From: a virus
Taxonomy: Duplodnaviria > Caudoviricetes
Strand: one strand, 5' to 3'
Length of the DNA: 46,542 nucleotides
Virus record (IMG/VR): IMGVR_UViG_3300049167_000222
Coordinates: 1-46,542 of that record
In this document: positions 19,175 to 28,739 of the stretch, piece by piece
Numbering within the stretch: the first letter of the stretch is position 1
Layout of the letters: the number at the start of each line of letters is the position of its first letter
Notes under the pieces: generated by a model
Database searches by the model: none
Told to the model about the DNA's origin: nothing
What the model saw: only the letters and a program-made list of their open reading frames with translations
Made by a program: the position numbers and the translations under genes

Positions 19175-19585
19175 TCAGACGGCCGCAACGTAAGTGAGCG
19201 CGCCGGTCATGGCGCAGCGGATGTCCGCCTGCAGCTCGTTGGTCTTGTCGCCGGAGAACGTCATGCTGATCAGCATGTCGCCCTCGAATGTGCCCACACC
19301 GGGAACTGTAACCTGATAGGTTTCCACCACCTGGTTGATCGCATCGCCCGCAACCGTCTTCATGATGAGGCTGGAGACGAATGCGCCCTGACCGGAAAAC
19401 CGGATCGACTGGACACCGTACATCAGCGCAAGTGTCAGTTTCGAACCGGGATCGGTGCAGCTCGGCTTGGTGATGTCGATTTCCTCGTTGTTGATTTCGA
19501 GGCTGCGCTGCTCGGTGATGCAGGCGAGATCGAAGGCGCCTTCCCCATCGGAACGGGCAAGCGTGAGGGTACGGCCTAGTGCCAT
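19175..19585 (-). CDS. Major tail tube protein
   Basis: RSLEINNEEIDIT..SGQG..SGALT pattern. Confidence 0.88.
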   Translation of the reverse strand: MALGRTLTLARSDGEGAFDLACITEQRSLEINNEEIDITKPSCTDPGSKLTLALMYGVQSIRFSGQGAFVSSLIMKTVAGDAINQVVETYQVTVPGVGTFEGDMLISMTFSGDKTNELQADIRCAMTGALTYVAAV

Positions 19586-19630
19586 GACGGAAGTCTCCGG
19601 TTGGAATGAGGGTGGTGGGCAGCGAGCGGC

Positions 19631-20095
19631 CTAGAGCGCCGCGGCAGAAGGATCGATTGCTATGGTCTTGAAACGGACCTGGTAGGTGAGATTGCCGGCG
19701 CCGAGTGGCAGCCCCGTACGCGGGTCGACGAACAGGCGGGTTGTCTGCAGTTCGAGATCAACGGCCCGCCCGCCGATCGTGACATCTTGTTCCATCCGCG
19801 CCTCGATCAGCGCCGAAATGCGGTCGAACTCTTCCTCCGCATCTGCATCCCGCAGATGGACGATGACCGAAAGCGCCAGCGATCGGTCATAACCGTCTTC
19901 CCCGTTGGGGCCGGAGCTCGGACGGCGGCTGCTGTTTTCGCCTGCCTCGCCCCATGACAGGGTGATGGCGGGCAGCAATTCCTGCGGAACGGCCGCGAAC
20001 CGGCCGCGCGCGACCTTTCTCGGGTATGAAAATTCCGGAATGGCGGCGAGGCTGGCCGCGACTGCCGCGACGATCTGGCTGCGACGGTGTGCCAT
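19631..20095 (-). CDS. Tail terminator / completion protein (gpU-like)
   Basis: MAHRRSQI..LPAI; immediately before tail tube. Confidence 0.7.
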   Translation of the reverse strand: MAHRRSQIVAAVAASLAAIPEFSYPRKVARGRFAAVPQELLPAITLSWGEAGENSSRRPSSGPNGEDGYDRSLALSVIVHLRDADAEEEFDRISALIEARMEQDVTIGGRAVDLELQTTRLFVDPRTGLPLGAGNLTYQVRFKTIAIDPSAAAL

Positions 20096-20388
20096 CAGCC
20101 GCGATGCCCCAGATCGCGCAACGCCCGCTCGGCGGTGACGCCGGAATAACCGGCCGCCACCACGTCGGCGATGGTCTTGCCATCGGTCAACAGCCGGCTG
20201 ATATCGGCACGGATTGCCGAACGGATGCGAACGGGCAAAGTCTCCCAGGTGCCGGTCAGTTTCCGCACCGCCTCGCGGGCATCCGCCTTTGCCTTGCCCT
20301 CTTCTTTTGAAAAGAGCGCCTTGGTGATCGCGTCCGGATCGGCCGTGATGGCGACCTTGGCCGGTTCGGCGTTTTTCGGTTCGGTCAT
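20095..20388 (-). CDS. Hypothetical protein in head-tail region
   Basis: ATG 20388 with GGAG RBS; coupled to neighbours. Confidence 0.65.
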   Translation of the reverse strand: MTEPKNAEPAKVAITADPDAITKALFSKEEGKAKADAREAVRKLTGTWETLPVRIRSAIRADISRLLTDGKTIADVVAAGYSGVTAERALRDLGHRG

Positions 20389-20389
20389 G

Positions 20390-20749
20390 TCAAATATCTC
20401 CCGAAAGATAGATACGCAGCATGGCGCGCGCATCGTCCGAATGGTTCTTGATCTGGTAGGAAGCGCTGACGCCGGTCCGGCTTCCCAGCGCATCCAGTTC
20501 ATGGACCGTCACGCTGTCGCGCTGGCTGGCCAGGCCGGGAACGGAGGCGGCCGCTACGGAGAGGAGATGCGTGGTCCCCTCCACCGATTGCCCGCCCTCT
20601 TCCGCCTCGTCGAGATCGCGCCAGCGGCGCAGGATGCCGCTGACCGCCGGCATGATGGCGCCGGCGATGGTGAAAACGGCGTCGCAGTTGCCGAACGTTT
20701 CGGCAAACTGCGGCCCCATCTCCTCGAAAATGGCAGGGCGCAGGTTCAC
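20390..20749 (-). CDS. Head-tail joining protein (gpFII-like)
   Basis: Position and size; FAETFG..V.GI..GDSV-like pattern. Confidence 0.7.
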   Translation of the reverse strand: MNLRPAIFEEMGPQFAETFGNCDAVFTIAGAIMPAVSGILRRWRDLDEAEEGGQSVEGTTHLLSVAAASVPGLASQRDSVTVHELDALGSRTGVSASYQIKNHSDDARAMLRIYLSGDI

Positions 20750-21117
20750 TTCCGTGCGTCCGTCAAGGCCTTCTGGGCTGCGGTCAGCTTGTCCGCCGCT
20801 TCCTTCACCGCCTTTTTCTCGGTATCGCCGGCACCCTGCCTCTTCGATGCGACGACGGCTTCATTATAATCCGACTGCGCAACTTCGACCGCCTCTTCGA
20901 GCTCATCCGTGTCGATTACGTCAGATGCCTCACCTTTCGGCAGGCCGGAGAACTTGACGCCTATCGACTTGTAGAGATCGACCTTGTTTTCCGACAACGG
21001 CAGGATCTCCTGATCCTTGAGCTTCTGGCCGGGCTGAATGGTGAGCGTGCCCTCGGCGGTATGGACGACGACCGCACGGGCGCCGTTATGGGTAATTCCA
21101 ACCTTGATCGTATCCAT
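20746..21117 (-). CDS. Hypothetical head accessory protein (gpFI position)
   Basis: Directly after capsid gene, AAGGA RBS. Confidence 0.65.
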   Translation of the reverse strand: MDTIKVGITHNGARAVVVHTAEGTLTIQPGQKLKDQEILPLSENKVDLYKSIGVKFSGLPKGEASDVIDTDELEEAVEVAQSDYNEAVVASKRQGAGDTEKKAVKEAADKLTAAQKALTDARK

Positions 21118-21175
21118 GGTTCTGTCCTTCGGTTGAGAAAGGACGGCCCGAGAGCCGTCCGGCCAGCGCTGTGCG

Positions 21176-22192
21176 TCAGGTCAGAGTTGCCTTGCGGAGA
21201 ACTTCCGGCAGGGTGCAGAGGTAGAGCGGATAGGAATAAAGCTCGCCCTTCGTCCACGCCTGGCGATCCTTGTCGAGCACGTTGATCGCATAGGTCTCCT
21301 GCCCGCGCGTGTTGACATAGGGTCCGAACTCGGCAGGAGCCATCGCCTCCTTGAACACATCCTTCGCGCCGACAGGAAAGAACTTGGCCTGGTTGAGCGG
21401 AACAGCGACAGTCGAATTGTCGTCCGTGCCGCGATAGTTGTGGAAGGTAATGCCGCCGAAATAGAAGCTTTCGAAGGCCGTCTTATCGCGCAGCGCCTCG
21501 GCCGCCAGCCAGTTTTGGTAGGTCGCGACCACGCTCGGATGGCGGATCAGTGCATCGTAGAAATCATCGCCGGCAATCGCATGTACCTGCGTTGCGGGCG
21601 TGAAGTTTCCGTTGGACGAACGGGCCATGCCGCGAATGACCTGCTGGCACACGCCGCGCACGTCGGTGGTCGGGACGTCCATCTCGAAGCTGATCGCCGC
21701 CGGTTCCGCGATACCGAACTGGGCGAAATAGTCGTAGATGACCGTCACGCCGTCCGCATCGAGGAGCTTGCCCTGCAGCGCGCCGAGCCGGTGGAACTCG
21801 TGGGTGAGTTCCATGTTGCCGCGCACCTTCGCCATGCGGTCGGCATATTCGGTCTGCAGCGATTCGAATTCGCTTTCCGTCCCGAAGGCACGGATGCCTT
21901 CGACCTCGTAGGCGTAGAGGGTAAAGCTGTCGGCAAGGCGGGTGGTCCGTAGGTCCTGAATGGTCCGGCCGTCGCGGTCGGTCTCGCGCGGCGCTGCCCC
22001 GAGCGGCGAAGTGGCGATCAGGGCGAGGCCCTGCGCCTTGCGCTCGACCGCCACCGTCCGGGTATAGACCGGAACAGGCTCGAAGATATTGAGCGAACCG
22101 AGCAGGTTCGGCACAAAGGCGACCTTGTTGACGGCGGCCGTCAGGCTCACCATCGAAAAGGCCTTGTTGTTGAATGCGTCCATCGAAAGCAT
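21176..22192 (-). CDS. Major capsid protein (lambda E family)
   Basis: FSMVSLTAAVN, IRAFG, THEFHRLGALQG, SYPLYLCTLP. Confidence 0.93.
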   Translation of the reverse strand: MLSMDAFNNKAFSMVSLTAAVNKVAFVPNLLGSLNIFEPVPVYTRTVAVERKAQGLALIATSPLGAAPRETDRDGRTIQDLRTTRLADSFTLYAYEVEGIRAFGTESEFESLQTEYADRMAKVRGNMELTHEFHRLGALQGKLLDADGVTVIYDYFAQFGIAEPAAISFEMDVPTTDVRGVCQQVIRGMARSSNGNFTPATQVHAIAGDDFYDALIRHPSVVATYQNWLAAEALRDKTAFESFYFGGITFHNYRGTDDNSTVAVPLNQAKFFPVGAKDVFKEAMAPAEFGPYVNTRGQETYAINVLDKDRQAWTKGELYSYPLYLCTLPEVLRKATLT

Positions 22193-22204
22193 GGTGAGGT
22201 TTCC

Positions 22205-22567
22205 TTATCGCGCGATGATGCCGAGCGCCTTGAGTGCTGTGATGCCGGTGGTGATCTGGCCGCCGTTGGCGCCCGCGAACCAGACGAGCTTCGATGTCTT
22301 CACCTCCGCATCGCGGGCGGTGATCGTGCGGCTCTGGCCGGCGACGCCGGCTTCGAACAGAACGCCCGCAAACGGTTGCGGGCCGTCCGCATTGCCGGGA
22401 TTGTAGATGTTGTAGTCGCCGCTCGCGGTCACCTTGCCGAGCACCGTGCCCGGCAGCAGCGTGCCGGCCACGCCGGCCGCCAGCTTGATGACGTCGCGCG
22501 AGCGCCAGTCGTTCGCCTCCGAGCGCAGATATTCCGCCGTGCGCGGACCTTCGGTAAATGTGGTCAT
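22205..22567 (-). CDS. Head decoration protein (lambda D family)
   Basis: SEAN..SRD..GTVLGKVTASG..LKALGIIAR. Confidence 0.88.
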   Translation of the reverse strand: MTTFTEGPRTAEYLRSEANDWRSRDVIKLAAGVAGTLLPGTVLGKVTASGDYNIYNPGNADGPQPFAGVLFEAGVAGQSRTITARDAEVKTSKLVWFAGANGGQITTGITALKALGIIAR

Positions 22568-22568
22568 G

Positions 22569-23120
22569 TCACTTTCCCTTCAGCTTGCCGGCCCGTGCAA
22601 GGGCACCGTCCCAGGAACTGTCCGCATTCTTGGTGCGGACATCGGTTTCACCGCCACGGCCGGTGCGAGACAGGCCGCGTGCGTTCATGCGGTTGGAGAG
22701 GCCGCCGGCATTCGCGGACGTGCCGCCATGCTGCAGGGTGGCGAGCGCCTTCTTTGCGCCGTCGGCGGTCTGGAAGGCGAGATGAGCGGCCAAGCTGGGA
22801 TTTGCCTCCGCGTGCTTCGAGCCGAGAATGGCGCCGATCCGCTTGCGTTCCACCGTGCGGCCCTTTGCAAATGCCTTCCTTTCGGGGGCCGACATGTCCT
22901 TGTCCGACGCGTCGTCCTCGGCGGTCTCTTCGTCTTCCTTGTCCGGATCGTCACCTTCGGCCGACTTGTCGTCGTCCTCGGCAACGTCGTCTTCCGCAGC
23001 CGGCTTGTCGTCTTCGGCGGCAGGATCCTTGTCCTCGTCCTCCATGTCCGGCTTCTCGTCATCGGACATGCATGTTTTCTGTCCACCGGCTACCCGGCGG
23101 ATCATCTGTGCAAGCGACAT
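22569..23120 (-). CDS. Capsid scaffolding protein (Nu3-like)
   Basis: Acidic low-complexity N-half then ERKRIGAIL..LAAHLAF; between protease and D. Confidence 0.75.
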   Translation of the reverse strand: MSLAQMIRRVAGGQKTCMSDDEKPDMEDEDKDPAAEDDKPAAEDDVAEDDDKSAEGDDPDKEDEETAEDDASDKDMSAPERKAFAKGRTVERKRIGAILGSKHAEANPSLAAHLAFQTADGAKKALATLQHGGTSANAGGLSNRMNARGLSRTGRGGETDVRTKNADSSWDGALARAGKLKGK

Positions 23121-23188
23121 CGCGCTTTCCTTTCTGTGGTGAGCCCCGGGTCAGCCAGAGTGGGGCGGTAATTGCCGGCGTACCGGCG

Positions 23189-24088
23189 TCAGGCAGCCTT
23201 GCGGCTGATTTCCGAAACAAAGGCCTGCGCCGCGTCGAGCGGGTCGGCGACTTCATCGATAAGACCGGCAGTGACCGCATCGGCGCCGAGATAGGTATCG
23301 GCTTCGGTCGCCATGAGCTGCTTAGCGGTCACGCGTCCGGCACGGAACCGGGCGACCGTCTCGACGAACATATCGCGCACCGTGTCCGCCTCGGCCTTGG
23401 CCTTGTTGTAAACGTCCTCGTCGAGAGCCCGGAAAGGTGAATAATCGTCCTTATGGGCGCCGGAGAAGATCGGCGTGATGACGATCCCGGCCTTGTCATA
23501 GGCCTTGGAGAAATCGGCATGCAGCATGATCACCCCGACTGATCCGGCAAGGCCCGTCGCAGGGATGACGATACCGGTCGCGGCGGATGCCAGCAGATAG
23601 GCAGCCGAGCATGCATGGTCGGTCAGCACCGCAAGGACAGGTTTTTCCTGCGACAGCCGATAGATCGACTCGGCACAGGAGAAGGCCCCGGCCACCGACC
23701 CTCCGAAGGAATCCACCTCCAGGATCACGCCGGCGATGTCCTTGTTCCTGCGGCAATCGGTAACCTGCGCATTGATGCCTTCGTAGGATGTCGCATCGCA
23801 GAGCGCCCCGGTCCACTTGCCCTTGGAGACGAGCGCGCCCTCCGCTTCGATCACGGCGACCGGAGTTCCTTCAATCAGCCGTGGCCCCTGAAACACCCGG
23901 TTGCCGTCCCAATCCCTCTCATCCCGGATCGGTTCGCCGACGATGCCGGCATTCCATGAACCGCCGAATGCGACATTGCCGCTAAAAATCCTTGGCGCAA
24001 GTGACTGCGCCAGGGCCTGGGCATGACCGCGATGGGCAAGCAGCGGCCGATTGAACAGCTGCGCGGCGACCTGGGGATAGTTCATCAC
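23189..24088 (-). CDS. Prohead protease, S49 family (gpC-like)
   Basis: DSFGGSVAG, ACSAAYLLASAA, GSVGV, SGAHK. Confidence 0.92.
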   Translation of the reverse strand: MMNYPQVAAQLFNRPLLAHRGHAQALAQSLAPRIFSGNVAFGGSWNAGIVGEPIRDERDWDGNRVFQGPRLIEGTPVAVIEAEGALVSKGKWTGALCDATSYEGINAQVTDCRRNKDIAGVILEVDSFGGSVAGAFSCAESIYRLSQEKPVLAVLTDHACSAAYLLASAATGIVIPATGLAGSVGVIMLHADFSKAYDKAGIVITPIFSGAHKDDYSPFRALDEDVYNKAKAEADTVRDMFVETVARFRAGRVTAKQLMATEADTYLGADAVTAGLIDEVADPLDAAQAFVSEISRKAA

Positions 24089-25596
24089 GCAGCTTCCTTC
24101 CGCTCACGCGCGTCGCGATCGTCCGGCTGTTCCTCCGCCGGCTGGGTTGTCGGTACCGGCTGTTTGCCCGCATCCGGGTTGAGCCCGAGCGAAATGAGGA
24201 AACGACGTTCCCGGGCTCGCTTGCGGGCAACCTGTTTCCAATCGAGGCCCTGTTCCGCACATTCGCGTTCGAGGCTGGAGATCCCGAGATCCATTCTGAG
24301 GCCGGCTGCCTTGGCTTCCTTTTCCGGATCGACCCATCCGCGAGCGGGACCGATCCAGTCGACGCGCGCCCATGCCGATGGCGCCGCCTCGAACGAAACG
24401 GCGTTCGGCGGCAACTTGATGATGCGGCGATCGAACATCTCTTCGAGGACGGCTCGATAGACCTGGTTCATGAACTGCGCAGCGAACATGTCCTTGCGGG
24501 CAGTCAGGCCACGCCAGATGACGAGGATGGCGGCACGGGCGCTCGAATAGTTCACCTGGCTCCAGTCCATGGTCAGCTGCTCATAGGTCAGGCCGACCGC
24601 CGACGCGACATTGCGGAGGGACGCCCGGAAGAAAGCTTCGAACCCGCTGTTCGGATGGCCGGGCTGGGTCAGTGTCACCTGATCGCCCGGATAGAGGAAA
24701 TGCGCCATGCCAGCAGGGATCTTTGGCGGCGCTTTCTCGTAGGCACTGTAGCGATCCGCCGAAAACTGCGTCCATCGGTCGGACGCATCCTTGTCGGTCA
24801 GTGCCTCGGCAAGCTCACCATGATCGCTGGGTGAGGTGATGAAGGCGGCGAGGACGGAATTGACCATGGCGGCCTTCAGTTCCGCCTCGTCATATTGTGT
24901 CATCTGCTTCAGTTTCCGCAGGATTGGTGCGAGCGGCGGAACCCCGCGATACTGCCCGTCTCGATCCGCCTCGAAAGCGTGGATCATGACAGGACGGCCC
25001 CATTCGGTCTCGCGCGCCACCCGAACCCATTCAGGCGAGCCGGAGCCCCAGACGTAATCGTCGTCGGGATGCTGGGTCCTGATCCAGTACCCTTCCGCCG
25101 CACCGTAACGGTCGATTTCGACACCGTCGCGCTGCGACACCGTGTCTGCTTCGTCGAAGGGATTCGAAAGCCGTGCCGGATCGATCAGCTTGACGAACGA
25201 CGAGATCGGGGCGCCGCGACTATCGTCCCAGCAGAGCTCTGCCAGAGCCTCGCCATCGGCGAAACGATGGCGATAGGCGCGGCCGAGAACCGACGACATA
25301 GGCCCCTGCCGCTTGGCGTCGATCCAGAAACCGGGATCGTTGACGATGTCGGTCCAGCATTCCTCGATCTGATCGGAAAGTTCGTCAGCCTCGTCGGTCG
25401 TGAGGTTCAGCGCCTTTTCCCGCAGATCGACGGCGATGTCCCAGCCGGACCCGATCACCTCGTCGACATGCCGCGACATCGCCGCCGAGGCCCACCCGTC
25501 GTTACGGGCGATATCCTGCACTCGATCGACGATCGCTTCCCGCTCATAGGTGAGGGCCGATTGCCCGGAGACCGAGCGCGGATGCCAGTCAGCCAT
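24085..25596 (-). CDS. Portal protein (lambda family); 5' end apparently frameshifted
   Basis: GQYRGVP, DWSQVNYSSARA, GWVDPEKE. Confidence 0.92.
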   Translation of the reverse strand: MADWHPRSVSGQSALTYEREAIVDRVQDIARNDGWASAAMSRHVDEVIGSGWDIAVDLREKALNLTTDEADELSDQIEECWTDIVNDPGFWIDAKRQGPMSSVLGRAYRHRFADGEALAELCWDDSRGAPISSFVKLIDPARLSNPFDEADTVSQRDGVEIDRYGAAEGYWIRTQHPDDDYVWGSGSPEWVRVARETEWGRPVMIHAFEADRDGQYRGVPPLAPILRKLKQMTQYDEAELKAAMVNSVLAAFITSPSDHGELAEALTDKDASDRWTQFSADRYSAYEKAPPKIPAGMAHFLYPGDQVTLTQPGHPNSGFEAFFRASLRNVASAVGLTYEQLTMDWSQVNYSSARAAILVIWRGLTARKDMFAAQFMNQVYRAVLEEMFDRRIIKLPPNAVSFEAAPSAWARVDWIGPARGWVDPEKEAKAAGLRMDLGISSLERECAEQGLDWKQVARKRARERRFLISLGLNPDAGKQPVPTTQPAEEQPDDRDARERKEAA

Positions 25597-25678
25597 GTCG
25601 GGATGACTGAAGCTCGCGGCCTGCCACGCATTGCCGCCATGGAATCCACGCCGGTGTGGTCGAGGATAGCCGGAACGG

Positions 25679-25912
25679 TCATGCTCGTACTCCCGGACGG
25701 CGGGCGCGGCAGATCAGGCCAAGCGCCACCGATAATTCGCTGATGTACCGGCGAAGCTTCGCCTCGTCCGTCTGCTGATAGGTGATTGTTTCACCGTTAT
25801 AGGTGAGCGTGACCGCCTTCTTGCCGATGATCAGCTGATGCAGGGCGGCATTCGCCTGGGTGAGCCAGGTCTGATAGAGCGCGGTCTCTTCGGGCGTTGT
25901 CGGACGTTGCAT
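25679..25912 (-). CDS. Head completion protein gpW-like
   Basis: ALHQLIIGKKAV..Y....LRRYI.EL. Confidence 0.85.
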   Translation of the reverse strand: MQRPTTPEETALYQTWLTQANAALHQLIIGKKAVTLTYNGETITYQQTDEAKLRRYISELSVALGLICRARRPGVRA

Positions 25913-25916
25913 CGGT

Positions 25917-27953
25917 TCACCTGTTCAAGCGCCGCATCAGATCGGCGGCGGTCTGCTTCTTCACTTCGGTTTTTTGCGCAGGGGCAGACGGCACGCGATC
26001 TGCGGGTTCCGGCAACACGCCCATCAGCAAATCTTCGATATCGCCCTGCGCAGCAGGTTCGATCTTTGCCAACCGATCCTCGATCGCATCCCATTCCTCG
26101 TCCGCCCAATAAGGGATACCGAGGCGGTAGGCTCCGGCGAGGCTCTGGTTCAGCATGTCGAGAATTTCATTCCGTTTGCCGTCCGGCAATTTCCAGACAT
26201 AGCGGGTGTGACCGGTTCGCGTTTTCTCTGGAACTCGGTTCTCGGATGTTGCTTGCTGGTAGAAGTCATCACCGAGACCCCGCGCAAAGCGGATGTAACC
26301 AGCATGGCTCGGATCATCCTTCTTGAAGTCCCGGTACAGCCGTAACTTGAATTGCGAGCTGTTGAATGTGAAGAACCGGGCCGACCACTTCTGCTTTTTC
26401 GGCTTTCCACGCCGATCATACTCCTTCGTCTGGGCGATCGGCGGCGCTGCTTCCTGATTGCCGCCGCGCACCATCACGACGCGCGACTTCGGATGACGTC
26501 TCACCCACTCAAAAACATCGTCAGTATAGGCGTTACCGTCGATCGCCAGACGATCGCACGACCGTTTGCGGTCGCTCTCGTCAAGCCACTCCCGTTCGAG
26601 CAACGCATCGAGCGCCAGGCGCACCTGCGTCTCCGAAATATGACCGGAATGTTCCTTATACCCGATCAGATGACTTCCTGCCCGGCTGTCGATGACGCCA
26701 TGGTCGATGACCGCGCGGTACCGATTGCGCCCATAACCGACGAGGAGCCACTCGACGCGATCCCCCTGGACGTCGACGCCGATCACAAGGGAAAGGGCTT
26801 CGGCTGGGACGACGCCACGAGCAAAACCGGCGCTTTCGGCCCGATCTCGAAGAACCTCCCAATCGACGGCCTTATTGTCGGCCTCATAAGCCAGGCCTAG
26901 CCAGTCGTTAAAGAACGTCTGCTCGGCACCAGAACCGTTTTCCCGCTTTTCCGGACCTCCGGATTGGAGGCTTATCCATTCTCGCGCCAGATTTTCCCAT
27001 CGCTCGAAAGGAGAATAGGCCATCCATATGCGGAAGGAGCGATGTCTGCGCGCCCGGTCCGGATACTTGGCGATCCAGCGCGCGCCGTTCTCAGGTTTCA
27101 CCATCCACGCGCGATGGTACTCGTGGATTTCGCAACCGCATCGGATGCAGATGAAATGTGCCTTCTCAGGATGCAGCGGATCGATATGGTCCCGCATGTT
27201 TTCCCAGCGCAGTTCCTGCAGTTCGTGGCAGCCAGCGTGGGGACATGGGACGTGGTAGCTCTCTTGGGTGCCTTCCTGGTAGTTCGCTGTGATCTTGCAG
27301 CCCGGCGACACCATAGGTGTCGAGATCTTGAATATCTTGCCCGTGAAAAACGCCTTGGTGCGGCTGTCCGCCTGCACCTCCGGGTCCCCGGCCTCGTTCA
27401 TTTGCCATTTCGCCAGGTCGTCCTGAACCTGCTTGCGCGGCGAGATCATCGATAGGCCGGCGGGCGAGTTCGCGCCGGCTGCCTGAATAGCGCCTCGTCC
27501 GTCGATCCGCTCCTTGTACAGGACTGAGTTGCTGGCATCGCGGCTGTTCTGGGAAAACAGCCTGGCAACGCCCGGCATCTCGCGAACAAGCGGCATCAAC
27601 TTTGTCTTTGACCAGCGAGCCGCATTTTCCTCGGTCGGATGGACGTAGAGGAAATCCCCCGGCGCCATGTCGATAGACCCAAGGGTGAATATGTTGGCGC
27701 AGATCGTGCCGCCGATCTGCGCCGACTTGGCGAGACTGACTATGTTACAGGGCTCTTCCGGCGATAGTGCCCGCAGGATCTCGGAGAAGAACGGGACAAG
27801 TTCCTCGCTGTACGGACCCGGATGATCGGTGATGCGTTCTGAAAAGACGATGTTCGTCTTCGCCCATTCCAGATAATCGACAATCGGCGGGGGCTCACAG
27901 GCCGACGCCAGGACGTCGTAAACCAGATGTTCCGGATTGTAGAGCATTGTCAC
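25917..27953 (-). CDS. Terminase large subunit (lambda gpA family)
   Basis: KSAQIGGT Walker A, ISTP, CPH..C, GVDVQ, RNEILD. Confidence 0.95.
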   Translation of the reverse strand: MTMLYNPEHLVYDVLASACEPPPIVDYLEWAKTNIVFSERITDHPGPYSEELVPFFSEILRALSPEEPCNIVSLAKSAQIGGTICANIFTLGSIDMAPGDFLYVHPTEENAARWSKTKLMPLVREMPGVARLFSQNSRDASNSVLYKERIDGRGAIQAAGANSPAGLSMISPRKQVQDDLAKWQMNEAGDPEVQADSRTKAFFTGKIFKISTPMVSPGCKITANYQEGTQESYHVPCPHAGCHELQELRWENMRDHIDPLHPEKAHFICIRCGCEIHEYHRAWMVKPENGARWIAKYPDRARRHRSFRIWMAYSPFERWENLAREWISLQSGGPEKRENGSGAEQTFFNDWLGLAYEADNKAVDWEVLRDRAESAGFARGVVPAEALSLVIGVDVQGDRVEWLLVGYGRNRYRAVIDHGVIDSRAGSHLIGYKEHSGHISETQVRLALDALLEREWLDESDRKRSCDRLAIDGNAYTDDVFEWVRRHPKSRVVMVRGGNQEAAPPIAQTKEYDRRGKPKKQKWSARFFTFNSSQFKLRLYRDFKKDDPSHAGYIRFARGLGDDFYQQATSENRVPEKTRTGHTRYVWKLPDGKRNEILDMLNQSLAGAYRLGIPYWADEEWDAIEDRLAKIEPAAQGDIEDLLMGVLPEPADRVPSAPAQKTEVKKQTAADLMRRLNR

Positions 27954-28591
27954 TGCGCACGATCCTCAACGTGATCGGCCACACCGTCCCGCGCCTCGCG
28001 GAAGGTGGCGGTGGCCTTGATGCGGACTGCACGGAATGCACGCTGCAACGCATGCTGGGCATCGTGCTGCGAAATTCCAAATTCCTCCGCCATGACCTTG
28101 GCCATTTCGCCCAATCCGAGGTCCATAACCTTAAAAGCCTCGTTCACGGCCCGGCTCATCTGTCGCCTCGCATCGGCGGCCAGCATATAACGGCCGATTT
28201 CGAGCATATCCTCGCGCTCGGCCTTCTCGGTGGCCACCCGCTCCCGGCGGAGCCTAAGCTGCGCCAGCTCGTCGACTTCCGTATCGCGCGGCGATGGGGA
28301 CGTCGTTCTGGGTGCCGCCGCATCCGACGATGGAGCGAACAGTTCACTATCAGCGATAGGCTCAGGACCACGCAGAGCTGACCCGTTGGCGCCGAAACGC
28401 TGACTTGGTTCAAGCGTTTTACTCAGCTGCTGGCGGGCGATTGACGCTCTGATCTTTGCTGCCCGACCTTCTCCGGCAAGCGCTTCCCCGAAGATCTTTC
28501 CTTCGGCGATGTATTGCGAAATCCGCCCAGGCGAAACCTTGATCGCAGCAGCAAAGTCGCCCTTCGTCATGAGATCGGAGGATAGGTTCAC
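27950..28591 (-). CDS. Terminase small subunit
   Basis: N-terminal wHTH MTKGDFAAAIKVSPGRISQY; GTGA overlap with TerL. Confidence 0.8.
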   Translation of the reverse strand: MNLSSDLMTKGDFAAAIKVSPGRISQYIAEGKIFGEALAGEGRAAKIRASIARQQLSKTLEPSQRFGANGSALRGPEPIADSELFAPSSDAAAPRTTSPSPRDTEVDELAQLRLRRERVATEKAEREDMLEIGRYMLAADARRQMSRAVNEAFKVMDLGLGEMAKVMAEEFGISQHDAQHALQRAFRAVRIKATATFREARDGVADHVEDRAQ

Positions 28592-28600
28592 TTTATGCTC

Positions 28601-28715
28601 GTCTTTAGGTCCGAGTTTAGTTTAGGCTCCGACTTTAGGCTTCCAAAAGTCGTCCAGACTGCCGAGACCTTGCGGTGCCAATTATCCGCAGAGGCGGTTT
28701 TGGTGGGAAGGACCC
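28601..28715 (-). promoter_or_regulatory. cos packaging site (cosQ-cosN-cosB-like)
   Basis: GGGTCCT (lambda cosQ sequence) at 28709-28715 minus; dyad TGCGG-N10-CCGCA at 28671-28690; TTTAGG repeats at 28604-28640 before terS. Confidence 0.75.
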
Positions 28716-28739
28716 AGAAGGCCGGATGGCTGTCCTCGC

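Noticed and set aside
22900-23070. Repetitive GAC/GAG-rich tract in the scaffold gene
   Set aside because: Low-complexity acidic coding sequence typical of scaffolds
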